From assembly GCF_009914755.1 (NCBI RefSeq), contig NC_060936.1: 64,000 nt of DNA. One strand, given 5' to 3'. How positions within the stretch are numbered: position 1 is the stretch's first letter; each line of letters opens with the position of its first letter. Of the stretch, positions 29,895 to 45,550 are shown in pieces. The translations under genes were made by a program, and so were the position numbers. The notes beneath the pieces are model-generated. The model did no database searches. It saw only the letters and a program-made list of their open reading frames with translations, and had not been told where the DNA came from. Origin of the DNA: the human T2T-CHM13v2.0 reference genome, Homo sapiens.

Positions 29895-30220
29895 GTTTCC
29901 TCAATTTTCTTTGGTGATTATGATAATGATGTTGTGGTTGCATAGGAGAAAGTCATTGTTCATTAAAAAAACAATGCACTCTGAAGTAATTAGAAACAAA
30001 GTGTAATGATATCTGCAACTTACTCCCAAATGGTACCAAAAATTATAAAATTTGTATCTTATATATACAAATATATATATATTTATATAGTGAGAGGGAG
30101 CACAAATATACCAAGAGATTACTAAATGCTGAATCTCATTGAAGGGTATATGGGTGTTCATTTTATGATTTGTTTTCATTTTTCTGTATGTTTTAAATTT
30201 TTCAAAGTCAAACGTTGAAG
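29895..30220 (+). mobile_element. old L1M (L1ME/MC-like) 3'UTR fragment
   Basis: tgataatgatgttgtgg...gatatctgcaacttactc...gggtatatgggtgttcattttat. Confidence 0.65.
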
Positions 30221-31268
30221 AGAAAAACAGCTCCAATTTTGTCTCCTCCAGAAAGCCTTTCCTGAATTAGCTGAAATAATTCCTCTGGATTCCCATGGCA
30301 TTTATGTACTCTGTGTTTATCACTTTCTACTTTGTATTATAGTTATTGAAATATTCACATGGCAGGTCATAAAATAGCTAAGGCAATACTCAACTATGCA
30401 GAGAACACTTGTTCTAAATCTGTTCTTTCTTTAGTCTACAACTTCTGTGTTCCTCCTCACAAGACCTGCTACCAACAGGAAAAAATATCCAAATAAATTT
30501 TAGTCCAATCTTGTAATCTCAAATTGATCACATAATTTAGTTACTTTAGTAACTGAGACACATTTGGATAAAGGCCAGGCCCTACCTGTTCCTACTCCCA
30601 TTTTTATCCATAGGATGGCAGCTGGGTGCAAAAGAGAAACTGATGTGTTGGGAGATGTCATGGGAAGGGGCCCCCAAGATCAACTTATGAAACTGGCTAT
30701 TAATAGTATATCCATTGTGCAGACTTTAACTCTACACCCAGCAACAAGGTCCCTGAGGGACATCTTGGTGTTACAAGAAGTAGAAGGAGGAAGTTTTATT
30801 TCTGTGTCCTCTGGAGGGCCTGGACAGTACTTTATACCTATAGGTTCTTGATAAATATCAGCATCCACTGTCTTTTTGGTCTGTTTCTCTGATCTCCACA
30901 ATGTTCCTTCTGCTCACATCACTTACCAAAATGTCATCATAAGTAATAAATAATAAGTTGATATTGGTAAAAAAAAAACTAATTTTCTGAGTGCCTGCTA
31001 TGTGCCAGGCTCTATGCCAGGCTTTTCACATGTAATATTTAATTCCCACAATAAGTAGATGAGTTAGTACTATAATTAATTTATAATAAGGACAAACGTT
31101 GGTCTCTGCATTGATGGATTGTTGAATTAGGCTTCCTTCGCACACTTGGCAGGCTGTATTTGAAACTCCCATTTTCCATGACCCCCAATTTACTTGTACA
31201 ACCATATCTTTTCTCCAGCCATACTGTTTCACTTTTGTCTCCTATAAATGCTATGTTTTCTGACCACC

Positions 31269-31611
31269 TGTATTAGTCCATTTTCACGCTGCTGATAAAG
31301 ACATACCCGAGACTGGGCAATTTACAAAGTAAAGAGGTTTAAAGTACTTACTGTGTCACATGTCTGGGAAGGCTTCACAATCATGGTGGAAGGTGAAAGG
31401 CACAGCTCACATGGCAGCAGACAAAGTAAGAGAGGTTGTGCAGGGAAACTCCCTTTTATAAAATCATCAGATCTCATGAGACTTATCACTATCACGAGAA
31501 CAGCACAGGAAAGACCTGCCCCCATGATTAAATTACCTCCCACTGGGTACCTCCCACAACACATGGGAATTCAAGATGAGATTTGGGTGGTGACACAGCC
31601 AAACCATATCA
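31269..31611 (-). mobile_element. THE1 solo LTR (ERVL-MaLR)
   Basis: tgtattagtccattttcacgctgctgataaagacatacccgagac...cagccaaaccatatca; perfect 5-bp TSD ccacc 31264-31268 / 31612-31616. Confidence 0.95.
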
Positions 31612-32014
31612 CCACCCTACCTTTTTAAGTCACCTTTTGCATTCCCTTCAGCCTCCTTTATACTCCTTCAAAATCCATCTTTTAAGAGCAAACTTCCCTT
31701 CATTCAATCAACACACTCTTATTGAACACCTACTTTGTGCTTGCTACCCATTGTCCTAGGTCCTAGAAAGACAATGCTAAGAAAAAGAAATGCAGGCCCA
31801 ATCTCTGCCCTGGTGGACTTTACAGTGTCTAGTGATTAAGTTTCAGTCTTGTCCCAGTTACTTTACTCTAACAAGAAAACAATCTCCCTGCTTGCACCTC
31901 CTTTCAAATACTCATATCTGTTTCACCCATTGGACACTTATTAGGTACAGCTATGTAGAATTCGTCATCCTATTCAGGGATTCTTTATTAAGGGTAACAA
32001 TAATAATAATATCA

Positions 32015-32230
32015 GTAACTTCCATTAATTGAATGTCTACCCTATGCCAGGCACTCTACATATACTGTCTCTCGTCCTCACAATGACATTGCCTTGAAAG
32101 AGGTAATTTTTCTCTTTTTACTAATGAAGCACTTGCAGCTCAGAGATGATAAGTAATCTGCCCAAGGCCACATAATTAGTAAATGACATTATCAGTGCAA
32201 GAACCCAGGTCCCCTGGCTCTGAAGGCTCT
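32015..32230 (-). mobile_element. MIR SINE
   Basis: ctatgccaggcactc...gctcagagatgataagtaatctgcccaaggccaca. Confidence 0.75.
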
Positions 32231-32319
32231 CTCCACAACACAGCAAGCTGTCAGACGTCTTTGTTGCATCATGCATTGAGGTAGTGAATAGTCCGTAAAC
32301 AGTGAGGAAGGGTAATGTG

Positions 32320-32540
32320 AGGAAAAGAACATGGTTTTGGAAAAAAAACAGACTGGCATTCAACTCCTAGCTATGCCACTTACTAGTTATGTGACCTTGA
32401 ACAAATTCCTAAACTTCTTTGTATTTTGTTATCCTCATTTTAAAATCACCACAGCAAAAATAAATAAATAAAGTCATGTATCTCGCAGAGCTGCTGTGAG
32501 GATTAAATGAAATGATAAATATCTGGAAAAGCAGCATGTA
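32320..32540 (+). mobile_element. MIR SINE
   Basis: gccacttactagttatgtgaccttgaacaa...ctgtgaggattaaatga. Confidence 0.8.
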
Positions 32541-33954
32541 TATAATAGGCTTCCGGCCAATGCTTCTTCTCTTCTTCCTTTGTTGATGCAGATCAGTTAA
32601 AAGTTTGCCATCTATCTTTTTGTTGCTCATATAAATTCCTAAGTTTGATACTAAGAAACACCTGCAGAAGGGTCTTTCAAGCACCTGCAAGTATATTAAA
32701 GAGGCAGATACAGGAACTGAGAGATAAAGGCAGTATGGTTGAGAGGAGATGGAAAACCAATCTAGAAACCAGGCAGTGGGAGGCTGTGTGGTTCCTTTTG
32801 TTAGGAAAACTTTTCAAAGGCAGAGTCCTTGAAGCTTTTGTGCATCAAAAGCATTTGAAATGCTTTCCTCGGGTGCACTTACATAGTATTGCTTCTGTGG
32901 CAAAGAAGGTATAGTCTTGTCAAAATGCTATTGATTTTTTCAGAAGGAATCTAGAGACTTCATTCACCAATGAAGCCCTGCAAACAAGCCCTAAAGCCCA
33001 CTTTTTTTTCTATAAATTGGTCACCCACTCCAGAAAAGAACATGGCTAATTAACTAAAGGTTCACATTTATTCAATCTGTACTAGGTACTTTGATAGACC
33101 TTGTACATCTACCATTTCCTTAATCTTTAAAGAAAAAAAGCTTTTTAAGGTAGGAATTATAATAAAATTGACACTCAGAGAGGTTAAATATCTTGCACAA
33201 GACCACACAGTTAGAAATCGTTGGTGAGATTTGAACTGATTGTTTATTTATTCAACAAATATTTATTGAGTGACTACTATGGGCTGAGTCTGCCTGTTTC
33301 TAAAGCTAATGCTCTTTTCACTATCTAATTCTTCCTGGTAAAATAAATAACAGTATTCTCTGTCTGTTACAATGTTCTTTCAGAATGCAAAAGCAGTTTG
33401 GCCAGAACATGATATGCTCATGGCTCAGAAAAGATAATCGGGCAGATTGGCCTGGCCAGGCAAGTGTCCATATGTCTCAGCAGCACTCCACGTGTATCCA
33501 TTCATCTCAAAGCTAGATTTTTAAAAAAGAATGGTCCACTATAGTCAGGAGTGCCATTCTCGGGAAAGTATGACTATCTGTGTTTGATTACTTCTAAAAC
33601 TTTATAACGAGGATACACTTCAGAACATCTATTTACTAGAAAGTTGAAAAGAGGTGAAGATCAGTACACGCGACTCACTAAAAAAGGAAATTATAATTTT
33701 AGTGCCTTACTTTTATATAGGCAATAGTTCTTTCCAGTGTACTATTTACAACATAAATGATGAGATTTTAGCCCCATACCATTCTGTATGATCAGGAAGG
33801 GAATGGTTATTATGTCCATTTCTCACAAGAGGAAACTGAGGTTCAAGTTGTCAAAGTCATTGGTACTTTCCAAATGTCCAAGTTCACATCATTATTTAAT
33901 GGCAGAACCAGGATTTATCTTAGGATCTTTCTGCTCTTTCCAATGTACAATCTT

Positions 33955-34305
33955 CATTGGTCAGAATGAGCTAGGTTGTATTAGATTGTATTGCAGTAAT
34001 AAATGGCCTTCAGATCTCAGGAGCTCACTATAATAAAGATTGATTTCTTGTTCATGTTCCTTGTCTGCTGTGGGTTTGGTCTGCTTTGTGTTTACTCCAG
34101 GACTTAGCGGACAGAACAGCCTCTATCTGGATCATTGCCAGTAATGTGGCAGTGTGAAAAGTGCAATTGATGGACCTCACACTGGCTTCTAGGGCTTCTG
34201 ATAGAAAGTGGCTTTCACCCTTATTTCATTGGCCAAAGCAAGTCACAGCATTGCCCACATGCAATATGGCAGGTGTGTATCATCCTTTCACAGGGAGGGG
34301 CCCCA
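33955..34305 (-). mobile_element. MLT1J-like MaLR LTR
   Basis: gattgtattgcagtaataaatggccttcagatctcag...atttcattggccaaagcaagtcac. Confidence 0.6.
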
Positions 34306-35716
34306 AATAGGCATAAAATTATTTCAGTTATATCAGGGTAGTAATGTATAAAGTGGTTGTCAGCCTCCCTTCCTTGTAGCATAAAGTTATTCTTTAATAA
34401 ATGCGGTACTGACTAAGAATTATTTTAGGTATAATGAGCCAAGCAGTCCACTTAAATCATGTAAAAATTAAATAATTCAATAAATTTAATATTTAAAAAC
34501 CAACAATTCTCAACTATCACTGTTGAGCACTAAACCCTCTGCATTTGCGAAGAGAGCAACTTTCACTCTGGGAATAAACTTTCCGTTTCTGGCAAGAGAA
34601 TTGGATAGCAACATTGAAGTTCTACTGTGAATGGGCGTCAGGGTGTCATATTTGAATGTGTAATGAGTAAACATTGGCAGAAACCCCCTTTGCCACGTGA
34701 CTTCAAAACAAACACCAGTCAGTAGGGAACTACCAGCTGTGCCCAGCAGAAAAAAATGCGCTCATATATTTTTCTTCCATGAGCAAAAAAATCCCCGCCG
34801 AGATCACCTCCCCTCAGAATGTAGGGCACGAATGTGTTCTCACATGAGTTCAAGAACAAAACCCCACCTCTGGAAAGTCCTCCTGGCAAAGTCATTTAAA
34901 CAAATTGCAGAGGAAGACAGAAGTAGGACATGAAACAGAGTTCAGGCATTCACAGAATCTTGCATTCCCTTAAATCAATTCTCAGCTAAAGGAAAAAAAA
35001 ATACAGCAGAGTTGGGGAGTGGGAGCATTTAGCAAGAGTTTAAAGTAGCTGATTTCTAATGTTGACTACATTATAATGTCCCTTACAATCCTAAGATTCT
35101 ATGACTCCATAAGTTTATGTGATGACAAAAAGTTTCTGCTTTTTCAAGTACAGAAAAAAAAAGAGAAGAGGCTATGTTTTATGTAATAATAAAATTTAAC
35201 AGAGAACTGCACCCTCCCACCTCCAAAAAAAATGTCCTGGTGACTATAAAGTTGTCTTGGGCTAGGCAATCTGCATATAGAATTCTGTTCCTTAAAAATT
35301 TTTTGGCACTGAGTCAGAACTTGATTTGTAGAAATGACACCTCCCCAATACTTCTTTTAGAGCAGTGAGGGGGAGGTAGAATGAACTGAGTTAGAACTTT
35401 ACCTTAGACTTTTTGTAAAGGTCACCAAAGGGAAAATCCATAAAGAGTCATTGCCCTTTAGTCACTTACACGTATGAAATGTGTTGTCCTAGGATGAAAG
35501 AGAATCATTACTGTACATCACATTTCGGATTAAATAATTGTTGTGTCTTGCTTTTTTTTCATGACTTTAAATAGAATTCAGGTTGAAATGAACCTGGATT
35601 AATAGGAGATGTTTCTAAATATGTCAGTTGTGCTTTTTTGATATGCATGGATGTCATTCTACTATTTTGTTGGCATAATTGCTAGCAAATCCCCATAACT
35701 GATATTCAAATTTTAG

Positions 35717-35789
35717 TATAGATGTAAGTAAAAGTGTGTCCAGTTATCAAAATATAGATATAAGTAAAATTGTGTCTTAGTTATCAAAA
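35717..35789 (+). repeat. imperfect tandem duplication, ~36-bp unit
   Basis: tatagatgtaagtaaaagtgtgtccagttatcaaaa / tatagatataagtaaaattgtgtcttagttatcaaaa. Confidence 0.9.
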
Positions 35790-36000
35790 TACCAAATTTC
35801 ATTTGAGCAAAAGAAATGAGGGGAGAGAAGATGGATATATTAACTTCTCTGATAAGCAACATACTACCCTGCTGCTTTCTCTAGCTACTTACTACAGAAA
35901 GAGTGCATGGTCATGAGATGCATGGAGTCTCTAGTATCTAACTGAACACAAAGAAACTTCTCTAATGGCTAGTCATGTTAAGTGATACAAGAGATGCATC

Positions 36001-36659
<659 letters not shown>

Positions 36660-37037
36660 TAGATACACATATGTATATCATATATATCCATACATCCATA
36701 CATATGGTGTGTGTGTGTATATATATATATGTTTACTATATGCGTGCACACACACACACCCCCCATATATATATTTCCATAGGTATGGTGTGTATATCTC
36801 TATATGTATATACCAGATATATATATATAAAAATATATATGTATATACCTTACACATGTAGAGATATACATGTATCATATGTGTATCCATATATATGGTA
36901 TATATTTAATCTATGTGTGTATCTATAATCTCCATATATGTATATGTTTATTCTCTATATATGTATAATATACACATGTATACATTTCCACACACATACA
37001 TATATGCATATATACATATATTGATATATGTATGTGC

Positions 37038-37277
37038 ATATACAATTATTGATCCTCTATTTAGTTTCACTGACTTCTACTACTACTTATGGGCTCCACC
37101 AGACATTTGATTCAGGAGTCTGAGAGAATTGAATCTGTTGCGGAGGGGAAGAAAGCTACGTGCAATTATAGATTCCAAATTAATCTTAGCTTCCAAATTC
37201 TCTCTTTCAAATATTTTGTTCCTGTGACACCATACTCAACACCTTCTTCTCAAACTGAACCAGACTCTTTTCCAATG
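37038..37277 (-). repeat. inverted duplication, right arm
   Basis: Reverse complement of 36001-36234; flanked on both sides by TA-rich repeat. Confidence 0.95.
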
Positions 37278-37639
37278 AAAGTATATTCCATATCCATAAT
37301 ACATGGATATACATATACACACATATGGATATATCCATGTACATATATGGAAATATACATGCATATATGAATACATATATACATACATATTTATATATGT
37401 ATTTGATTGATTATGGCACAACTAGCTACTCAACTGATTTTTTTAACAAACCCCAATGTTATGCCATTTACAAAAAGAAATGCCTTCTGGATTAAAGACA
37501 ACTGTAAAAAATAAATACTTCAAGAAAATCTAGCATATCATATATACATATATGTACAATCTATTATGTGGAAGGAGGCTTTCTTGTCAAAATGGAGAAG
37601 ATATAAAAGAAAAGAGAGACTTACTTGATCATATAAGAA

Positions 37640-38600
37640 TTTAAAACATTTTGTTAAAAGAAAGATTCCACAACAAGGTCAGTAGACTAATGATAGGTTT
37701 GGAAATATTTGTGGCATCAGCAACAGTTGGGTTTTTTGTGTTTTTTTGTTTTGTTTTGCAAATTGACAAAAGCAAAGACAATGAATAACGGAAAAAAAGG
37801 ATAAAGAATTCAAATAGGATATTTACATAGGGGCAATGACCAACAAGCAAATGAAAATATTCTCACATTAAATCATAGTCGGGGAAATGTAAATTAAAGT
37901 TACAATGATATATATATTTTTATGTCCATCAGACTGGCAAAAATTGAAATGATCAATAACCTCTATTAGTGGTAGGTATATGGAAAAATGGATGTTCATA
38001 CATGCTGAGAAAAATTTAACTGTAAAAACTGTTTTGGAAAGCCATTTCGCAGCAGACATAAAAAAACTGAAGATACATGCACCATTTAACCCTGCAATCT
38101 CTCTCCTTGGCAACTCTCCCAGACCAATATTACATAGAGCATGTGTAAAAGGGCACCTAATGTCAGTGTTTATAATAGCAAGAAAAGGAGAAGGGACAGG
38201 GATCAAAGTAAATGCCAGTCAATAGGGAATGTCTGAATAGGTAACAGCTCATCCACACCATGGATTATTAGGCAGCAGTTCCAAGGAGTTAGACTCATTA
38301 GAGCTAAATTTCTACTTATAAGAGATTTCTGTACAGTTATGCTTTACATGAAAAAAGAGATGTAGAAAGTATATATTATGCAATGCTCATAAAACAAACA
38401 ATAACAAAACTTCCCTTATACATGTGTGTAAGTGTAAAAAGTGTATATATGATATGAGCAAGGGGAAAAATGTAAAAGTACATATCAAGTCACAAACGAG
38501 TTACATGGCAGAGAGGGGTGTAAAGGAGGAAAGAAAGGGAAGTAGAAGCTAAGCAAAAGTTTTAATATACTTCTCTAAATAATATATAATTATATGTGTG
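37640..38600 (+). mobile_element. old L1M (L1ME-like) ORF2 end and 3'UTR
   Basis: gggaaatgtaaattaaagttacaatg...catcagactggcaaaaatt...accatttaaccctgcaatctctctcc. Confidence 0.75.
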
Positions 38601-41232
38601 AGATAACATATATGCATTTATGCAAAAACTATATATATGCTTGTCTATATGAGAAATTAGAAAAAGATTGAAAAGCTAGTCTAAAAGCATGCTCAAACCA
38701 TGACATAAAAATTAATAAAAAATATCTAACATTTACAGAGCCCTTTCTATTGGCAGACACTGTTCTAAACAGGTACCAACTCAATCCTCACAACAACCCT
38801 ACGATGGGAATATTAATATCTTTGTTTGCAACAGAGGAGAGTCCAACTTACTTCTCTACAACTTTAGAATAGAACATTTAGTTTCAATTGCAAAACTGAA
38901 ATTAAGTCAATCATCTTATTTGTTTCTTCAGTAATTTTGGCTTGTTTTCTTGGATGTCTGGATTTAGAAGACAGACTCTAACAGGATATCGTAAATAAAG
39001 AATTTAACAGGATACCATAAATATATCTACTCAACTAGCCAAGGTTGGTGAAAGTCATCTAAATCAAGGGCAACTGTCTTCACAAGTAGCCTCTTCCATC
39101 CCTCATTTGTTCAACCAGGAATCATGGAACACCTTCTGCACAATTCTGGGCCCAGGGGATTTGTTGGTGGCTATGACAGCCTCTGAATATTTGATGGCTT
39201 GGAAGGCTAATAACTCATGTTGCCCTAGCACATTTTTACCTCTTATTCTGAAACTAGGTGAGAAAAATTACTGGCTTTTTTGACAAAATGATGGGGCAGA
39301 ATTCTAATCCTTTCTGGGAAAGAGACAGCTTCCAAGAACATGGCAGCTCTACCTAATCCAAACTCATGCATGGAAAATAACAGTGAAAGAGCCACAAAAG
39401 CAGCCCTCGATAGCTGCCTATGACTGGCACATAGCAAATAATTTCTTCATCACTAGCATTTTAGAGAGAAGTTAGGGGTTGCTAGTTTTTCCTTCTATTT
39501 GCATATCTAATTTAAGTATTCTTTGATCTTCCACCTTTATGAAGAGATGCCAAGCACCAGATCATCAACAATAGAATGCTTGATGCTCAAACACCATGAC
39601 TCCCCACTCCATTTCTCTCCATTCTCTTCCGAAATCCACTTTGTGAGAACCCCTACTAAGGTCACAGTGTTAAAACAGAGATTGTGATCCGGGTAAGGCT
39701 ACAGAAAGTCACTAATGAATTTATTGAGCAAGAGATGCCACTGAGAAAACCCAGGGCACTGGTCTACCGCTCTGAGTTTGGACCCTGATGAAGTCCCGAA
39801 TCTGTAAATACACAAATTAAGAAAGCACTTCGATGTCTTGCAGCTCTGAGTGTCCAAGAGCCAAGATGTTCAATTGCACATGTGTGTTTTTGCAGGCTTC
39901 TGGCTTTTCCTTCTCTCTCTTAATCTGGCTGCCTCTCACGCCACCTCTGGCAAGGTACACTCTGGGGAGGCCAGAACAAAGTTTCCATCCAGTCATTCCC
40001 TTCGGTTAATTATTAGCAGCTCTGGTAAAAGTTGTTAGTGGGGCCGTTGGAAACAACAAACTGAAAATATGTTTTTAGTTTAACCATAAAGTTCATTTGT
40101 TTGGGGATTTCAGGAATCCTGTCCTGAAAGGATTCCTGTCCTGCCCAAGATAACAGTGGGCAGAGGTGAGATGGTGAACTAAGAAATGATAGATAATCTT
40201 TTCTCTGTAACTAATTAGCTAGGTGACCCTGGTCAAAGGAGGGAAGGTAACTCACAATATGACAAGTTGGGAACTCTGTGTTCTCTCACTTAATCCTCAT
40301 AAAAACATATAACCTATGTATTTTTATCTCCATTATACAAAGAGACTTAAATCCAAAACTCTCTAAACTTTGCATTAAACCGGCTTCATGCCATTTAATT
40401 TACCCAAGTTCCTGTGTTCTTACCTAAGAAAACAAGGAGTTGGAATTAGTTGCTCTCTAAAAGGTCTTTCTAACTCTATAAGACTATGAATCATTTGACC
40501 TAGCAGGAAATAAACAATATTTCTCTAATAATTTCCGCAAAGTTTTTCTCTTCTTGGCCTTTATTTCCCCGTAAATTTGGGGGGCAAGTAGATAAAATTG
40601 TATTCTTCACATAAACATGATAAAATAGCTGTTCGCTCATTAGTTGTCTAATGACAACCCCTGAGGCTATTGCTTCACTCTTGTTTATATTGCTCAGTTC
40701 CGTCAGTTTAGAAGACATTAAAAAGCAGAACTGAGTTGGCTGTTTTACGTTAGTGGTGAACTTTGTGCCTCAACTGTGTTGCAACCCCACAGTTTACTCA
40801 ACTCCACCTGGCAATTCAGCTGTTTGAGATAAAGTAGATTTTCTCCTGGGGAAACCAGTAGCAATTTATCTTGTTCTTGCTCTACTGCTGGCATACAGGA
40901 GGTTGGGCATTTAATAGACAGTCATCTGCCAGTAGGAGGTAATAATTGTTTTTTAGATTAAAAACAAATGAAATATGAAGGGAGTTACTGCCATATAGGA
41001 GGAATTGGAGCCAATGCTCAAGTAGTCTTGTCTAGAGCCAATGTAAGAACTTCTGTTGGAAAACTACACTTTTATGTATATGTATGAGTTTCTGCATGTG
41101 CATGCATATGAGTGCTTTAGCGTCTTGTAGATGTGTGCATGACAGCGGGTAGGGAAACTCTGGAAAAATAGCCAGTGAAGACCCAAAGCAACTCTTATTT
41201 TCTACACTCACAAGTACTATAAGAGTTGGATC

Positions 41233-41734
<502 letters not shown>

Positions 41735-42292
41735 CTAAGCAACGAAAGACATTCATGCTGCAATCTATACAACTAAGCAGCCTGAAACCTCCTCCATTAT
41801 TCAAGTTTGAATTCAGAAAGAAGACAATGGCCTTATTCAGCTCCAGTCAATCCTAGTGTTATGCATTGAATTATTTCCCCCTAAAAGTTGTTGACATGCT
41901 AACTCCCAATACCTGCAAATGTAACTTTACTTGAAAATAGGGTCTTTGCTAATGATCAGGTTAACATGGGGTCATTAAGGAGTGCCCTAATCCAATAGGA
42001 CTGTGGACTGTGTCCTTATTAAAAGGGGGAAATTTGCACACAGAAGAAGATACACACACACAGGGAGAATGTGATGTGGATATCAATGCAGAAATTGGGG
42101 TGACGCATCTAAAGCCAAAGAATCCCGAAGATCGACAGAAAATCCCCAGGAGCTAGGAAAGAGACATGAAACAGATTCTCCCTTACAGGCTTCAGAAGGA
42201 ACCAAATCTGCCAGCACCTTGCTCTTGGACTTCTAGCCACCGGAACTGTAAGTCAATACATTTCTGTTGTTTAAGCCACCCAGTTTGTAGCA

Positions 42293-42812
42293 CAGATGCC
42301 CCTCAACTTAGGATGGGGTTATGTCACAATATTTTCAAATTATAAAGGATTTATCCAGATGTAGATACTTAATGTGTCACTTTTGCACCATCATAAAGTT
42401 GAAAAATTGCAAGTGGAACCATAATATGTTGGGAATTGTATTAATCCGTTTTCACACTGCTGATGAAGACATGCCCGAGACTAGGTAATTTATAAAGTAA
42501 AAGAAACTTAATGGACTTATAGTTCCACGTGGCTGGGGAGGCCTCACAATCATGGCGGATGGTGAAATGCACGTTTTACATGGAGGCAGCAAGACAGAAT
42601 CAGAACCAAGTGAAAGGGGTTTTCCCTTATAAAACCATGAGATCTTGTGAGACTCATTCACTACCATGAGAACAATATGAGGGAAACTGCCCCCATGATT
42701 CAATTATCTCCCACCAGGTCCCTCCTACAACACGTGGGGATTATGGAAGCCACAAATCAAGATGAGATTTGGGTGGGTGGAGACACAGCCAAACTATGTC
42801 AAGAACCATATG
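42293..42812. mobile_element. MER47-like Tigger element, internally rearranged
   Basis: cagatgcccctcaacttaggatggggttatgtc start; ttttgcaccatcataaagttgaaaaattgcaagtggaacc end region. Confidence 0.7.
42437..42801 (-). mobile_element. THE1 solo LTR nested in MER47
   Basis: tgtattaatccgttttcacactgctgatgaagac...cagccaaactatgtca; degenerate TSD ggaat / agaac. Confidence 0.93.
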
Positions 42813-43008
42813 TACTTTGTTACAGCAGCCCTAGGAAACTAATACACTTAGGTTTTCTCCCAGCCAGTTTCTACAACCACGAGTCTTTCCTTTCTCATCT
42901 TTATTGGCACAGTGTCTCTAGAGAAGAGAGAAATATTTAAGAAGAGTTGGATTTTTCCTCCACTTTCTTTTCCTTCAGTCTTGTCTTCTCTAATTTCCAA
43001 AGAGACTC

Positions 43009-43632
<624 letters not shown>

Positions 43633-43647
43633 TTAAAATAAAAGTCC

Positions 43648-43712
43648 CCACTAACTCATTCTATGAGGCCAGCATTATTCTGATACCAAAACCTGACAGA
43701 GACACAACACGA
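43648..43712 (+). mobile_element. short L1 ORF2 fragment
   Basis: ctaactcattctatgaggccagcattattctgataccaaaacctgacagagacacaac translates to NSFYEASIILIPKPDRDT, an L1 ORF2 motif. Confidence 0.85.
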
Positions 43713-43760
43713 AAGAGATATGTTTATAAGAAACTCCTCATATTAAAAAAAAAAGTGGCT

Positions 43761-44077
<317 letters not shown>

Positions 44078-45550
44078 CTAATTCTACCCAAAGGCCAAAT
44101 AGAAAAGAAAAGAAAAAAAGGGCAGCTATTGAATTGATCTCGGAACTTATCTCCCCAAAACGTTTGAGCTGAGAACTCTTGGGCCTGGATGGCCCAACAG
44201 TAGTTGAAGAAGAGAACAGAAAAACAATTTGCCTCTAGAGAGTCCTTCAGTTCAGGTGTGATATCAAATAATCTAATTGGATTCAGATATTCTGCTTGCA
44301 ATACATGCTTTAAGATAGCTGCAGTGTTTTTAAGCAGCTGATTGGGCCATATATTTAGATAGGTTTGGTTTTCCAGTTTTGCTACTGTTGTGTCTTCTTA
44401 GAGAATTATGGATGAATCCTGATACTTAGAATTAGGTTGGAGTTAGCTGTTGTGTAAAGGAGTAGCTGAAAGGACTGACATAGAGAAGATGCTTTCTCGT
44501 ATTAATTTAGGAAGGAAGGTGGGTTCAAACAGCTGAGAGGTGAACAGATGGCAGTGCATGCCGGGAGTTCCTGGCAAAAAATCAGTCACTAGAAGGGGAG
44601 GTTGAATGGAATGCTTTTGTGTCCAGGTTGCAGGAGAAACAGGAAGCTGAGACTAGATTTGGCAGCTTCTAATACAAAATTTATTAAAGTGAATTGAATT
44701 TTATTGTAAACAAATGACAATTTATTTTTCATATCTCTGCTCAATTTCCTCAGATACTTTTCTTGTGAGAGTTGAGCCTCTTAAATCACTATTCTCAGAG
44801 AATAGAAAATTCAAATATGACAACGGGGTTTAAACTGTCCATATCATTAAGCTTTGAAAAGATGGCAGGAATCTAAGAAAAAGATCCAAATATTGAGAAG
44901 ACGTATTCCTTTCTTTCCATGATAAAAATCACAGAAAAAAAAATACTGCATAGGCATAGAGTTAATAAAAGATTAGGATCTTGATCTTTCAATGAGAAAA
45001 CCTGAGCTTCTGGACAGTTCTAGGAAAAGCCACTGGAAGCTGTTGTCTTTGTAATGAAGGGTTCTTCTGCCAGATAACATGTGCTGTTGAAAGGCAAGTC
45101 TTTGCTGCATGACTGGTCACTCTAAGCATGCCTCTGACAAGGACACTTTAGAGGTAGCCACTGTTTCTGAACCAAGCCAGTTTCAAATACTCTTCCTTGC
45201 TCAGCAATGGACTATACTTCTTTTTTCACTTTGAGGCCTGTCCCCAAAAGCTGTCTAATAAGCCTTATAGCAGATACCAAAGGCAATTCAAATTCACTTT
45301 GAATCATGCTTCAGGAATCAGCTGCCGCAGACAGTGGTGCAACGACACATGCAAATTTCAAATAGCTAAGATACTTTACTGAGGCTTTAAAACATCAGCT
45401 CTATTTTCAAGTCAAAGATAAATGTGTCTACTGCTTTTCTCTGGGGTCATCACGTTGCTGCACTCAAGGGGAAACTTCCACCAGGTCTGTCCACTCCATA
45501 TTTTTCATCCTTCTCCCTATTCAGCAGGATGCCTGGCAGGTTACTGGAAC

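Larger units (their letters stand above)
41857..42846 (+). mobile_element. MLT1 (C/D-like) LTR, outer element of a nest
   Basis: tgttatgcattgaatt...ccacccagtttgtag [insert] tactttgttacagcagccctaggaaactaataca; TSD cctag / cttag. Confidence 0.88.
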
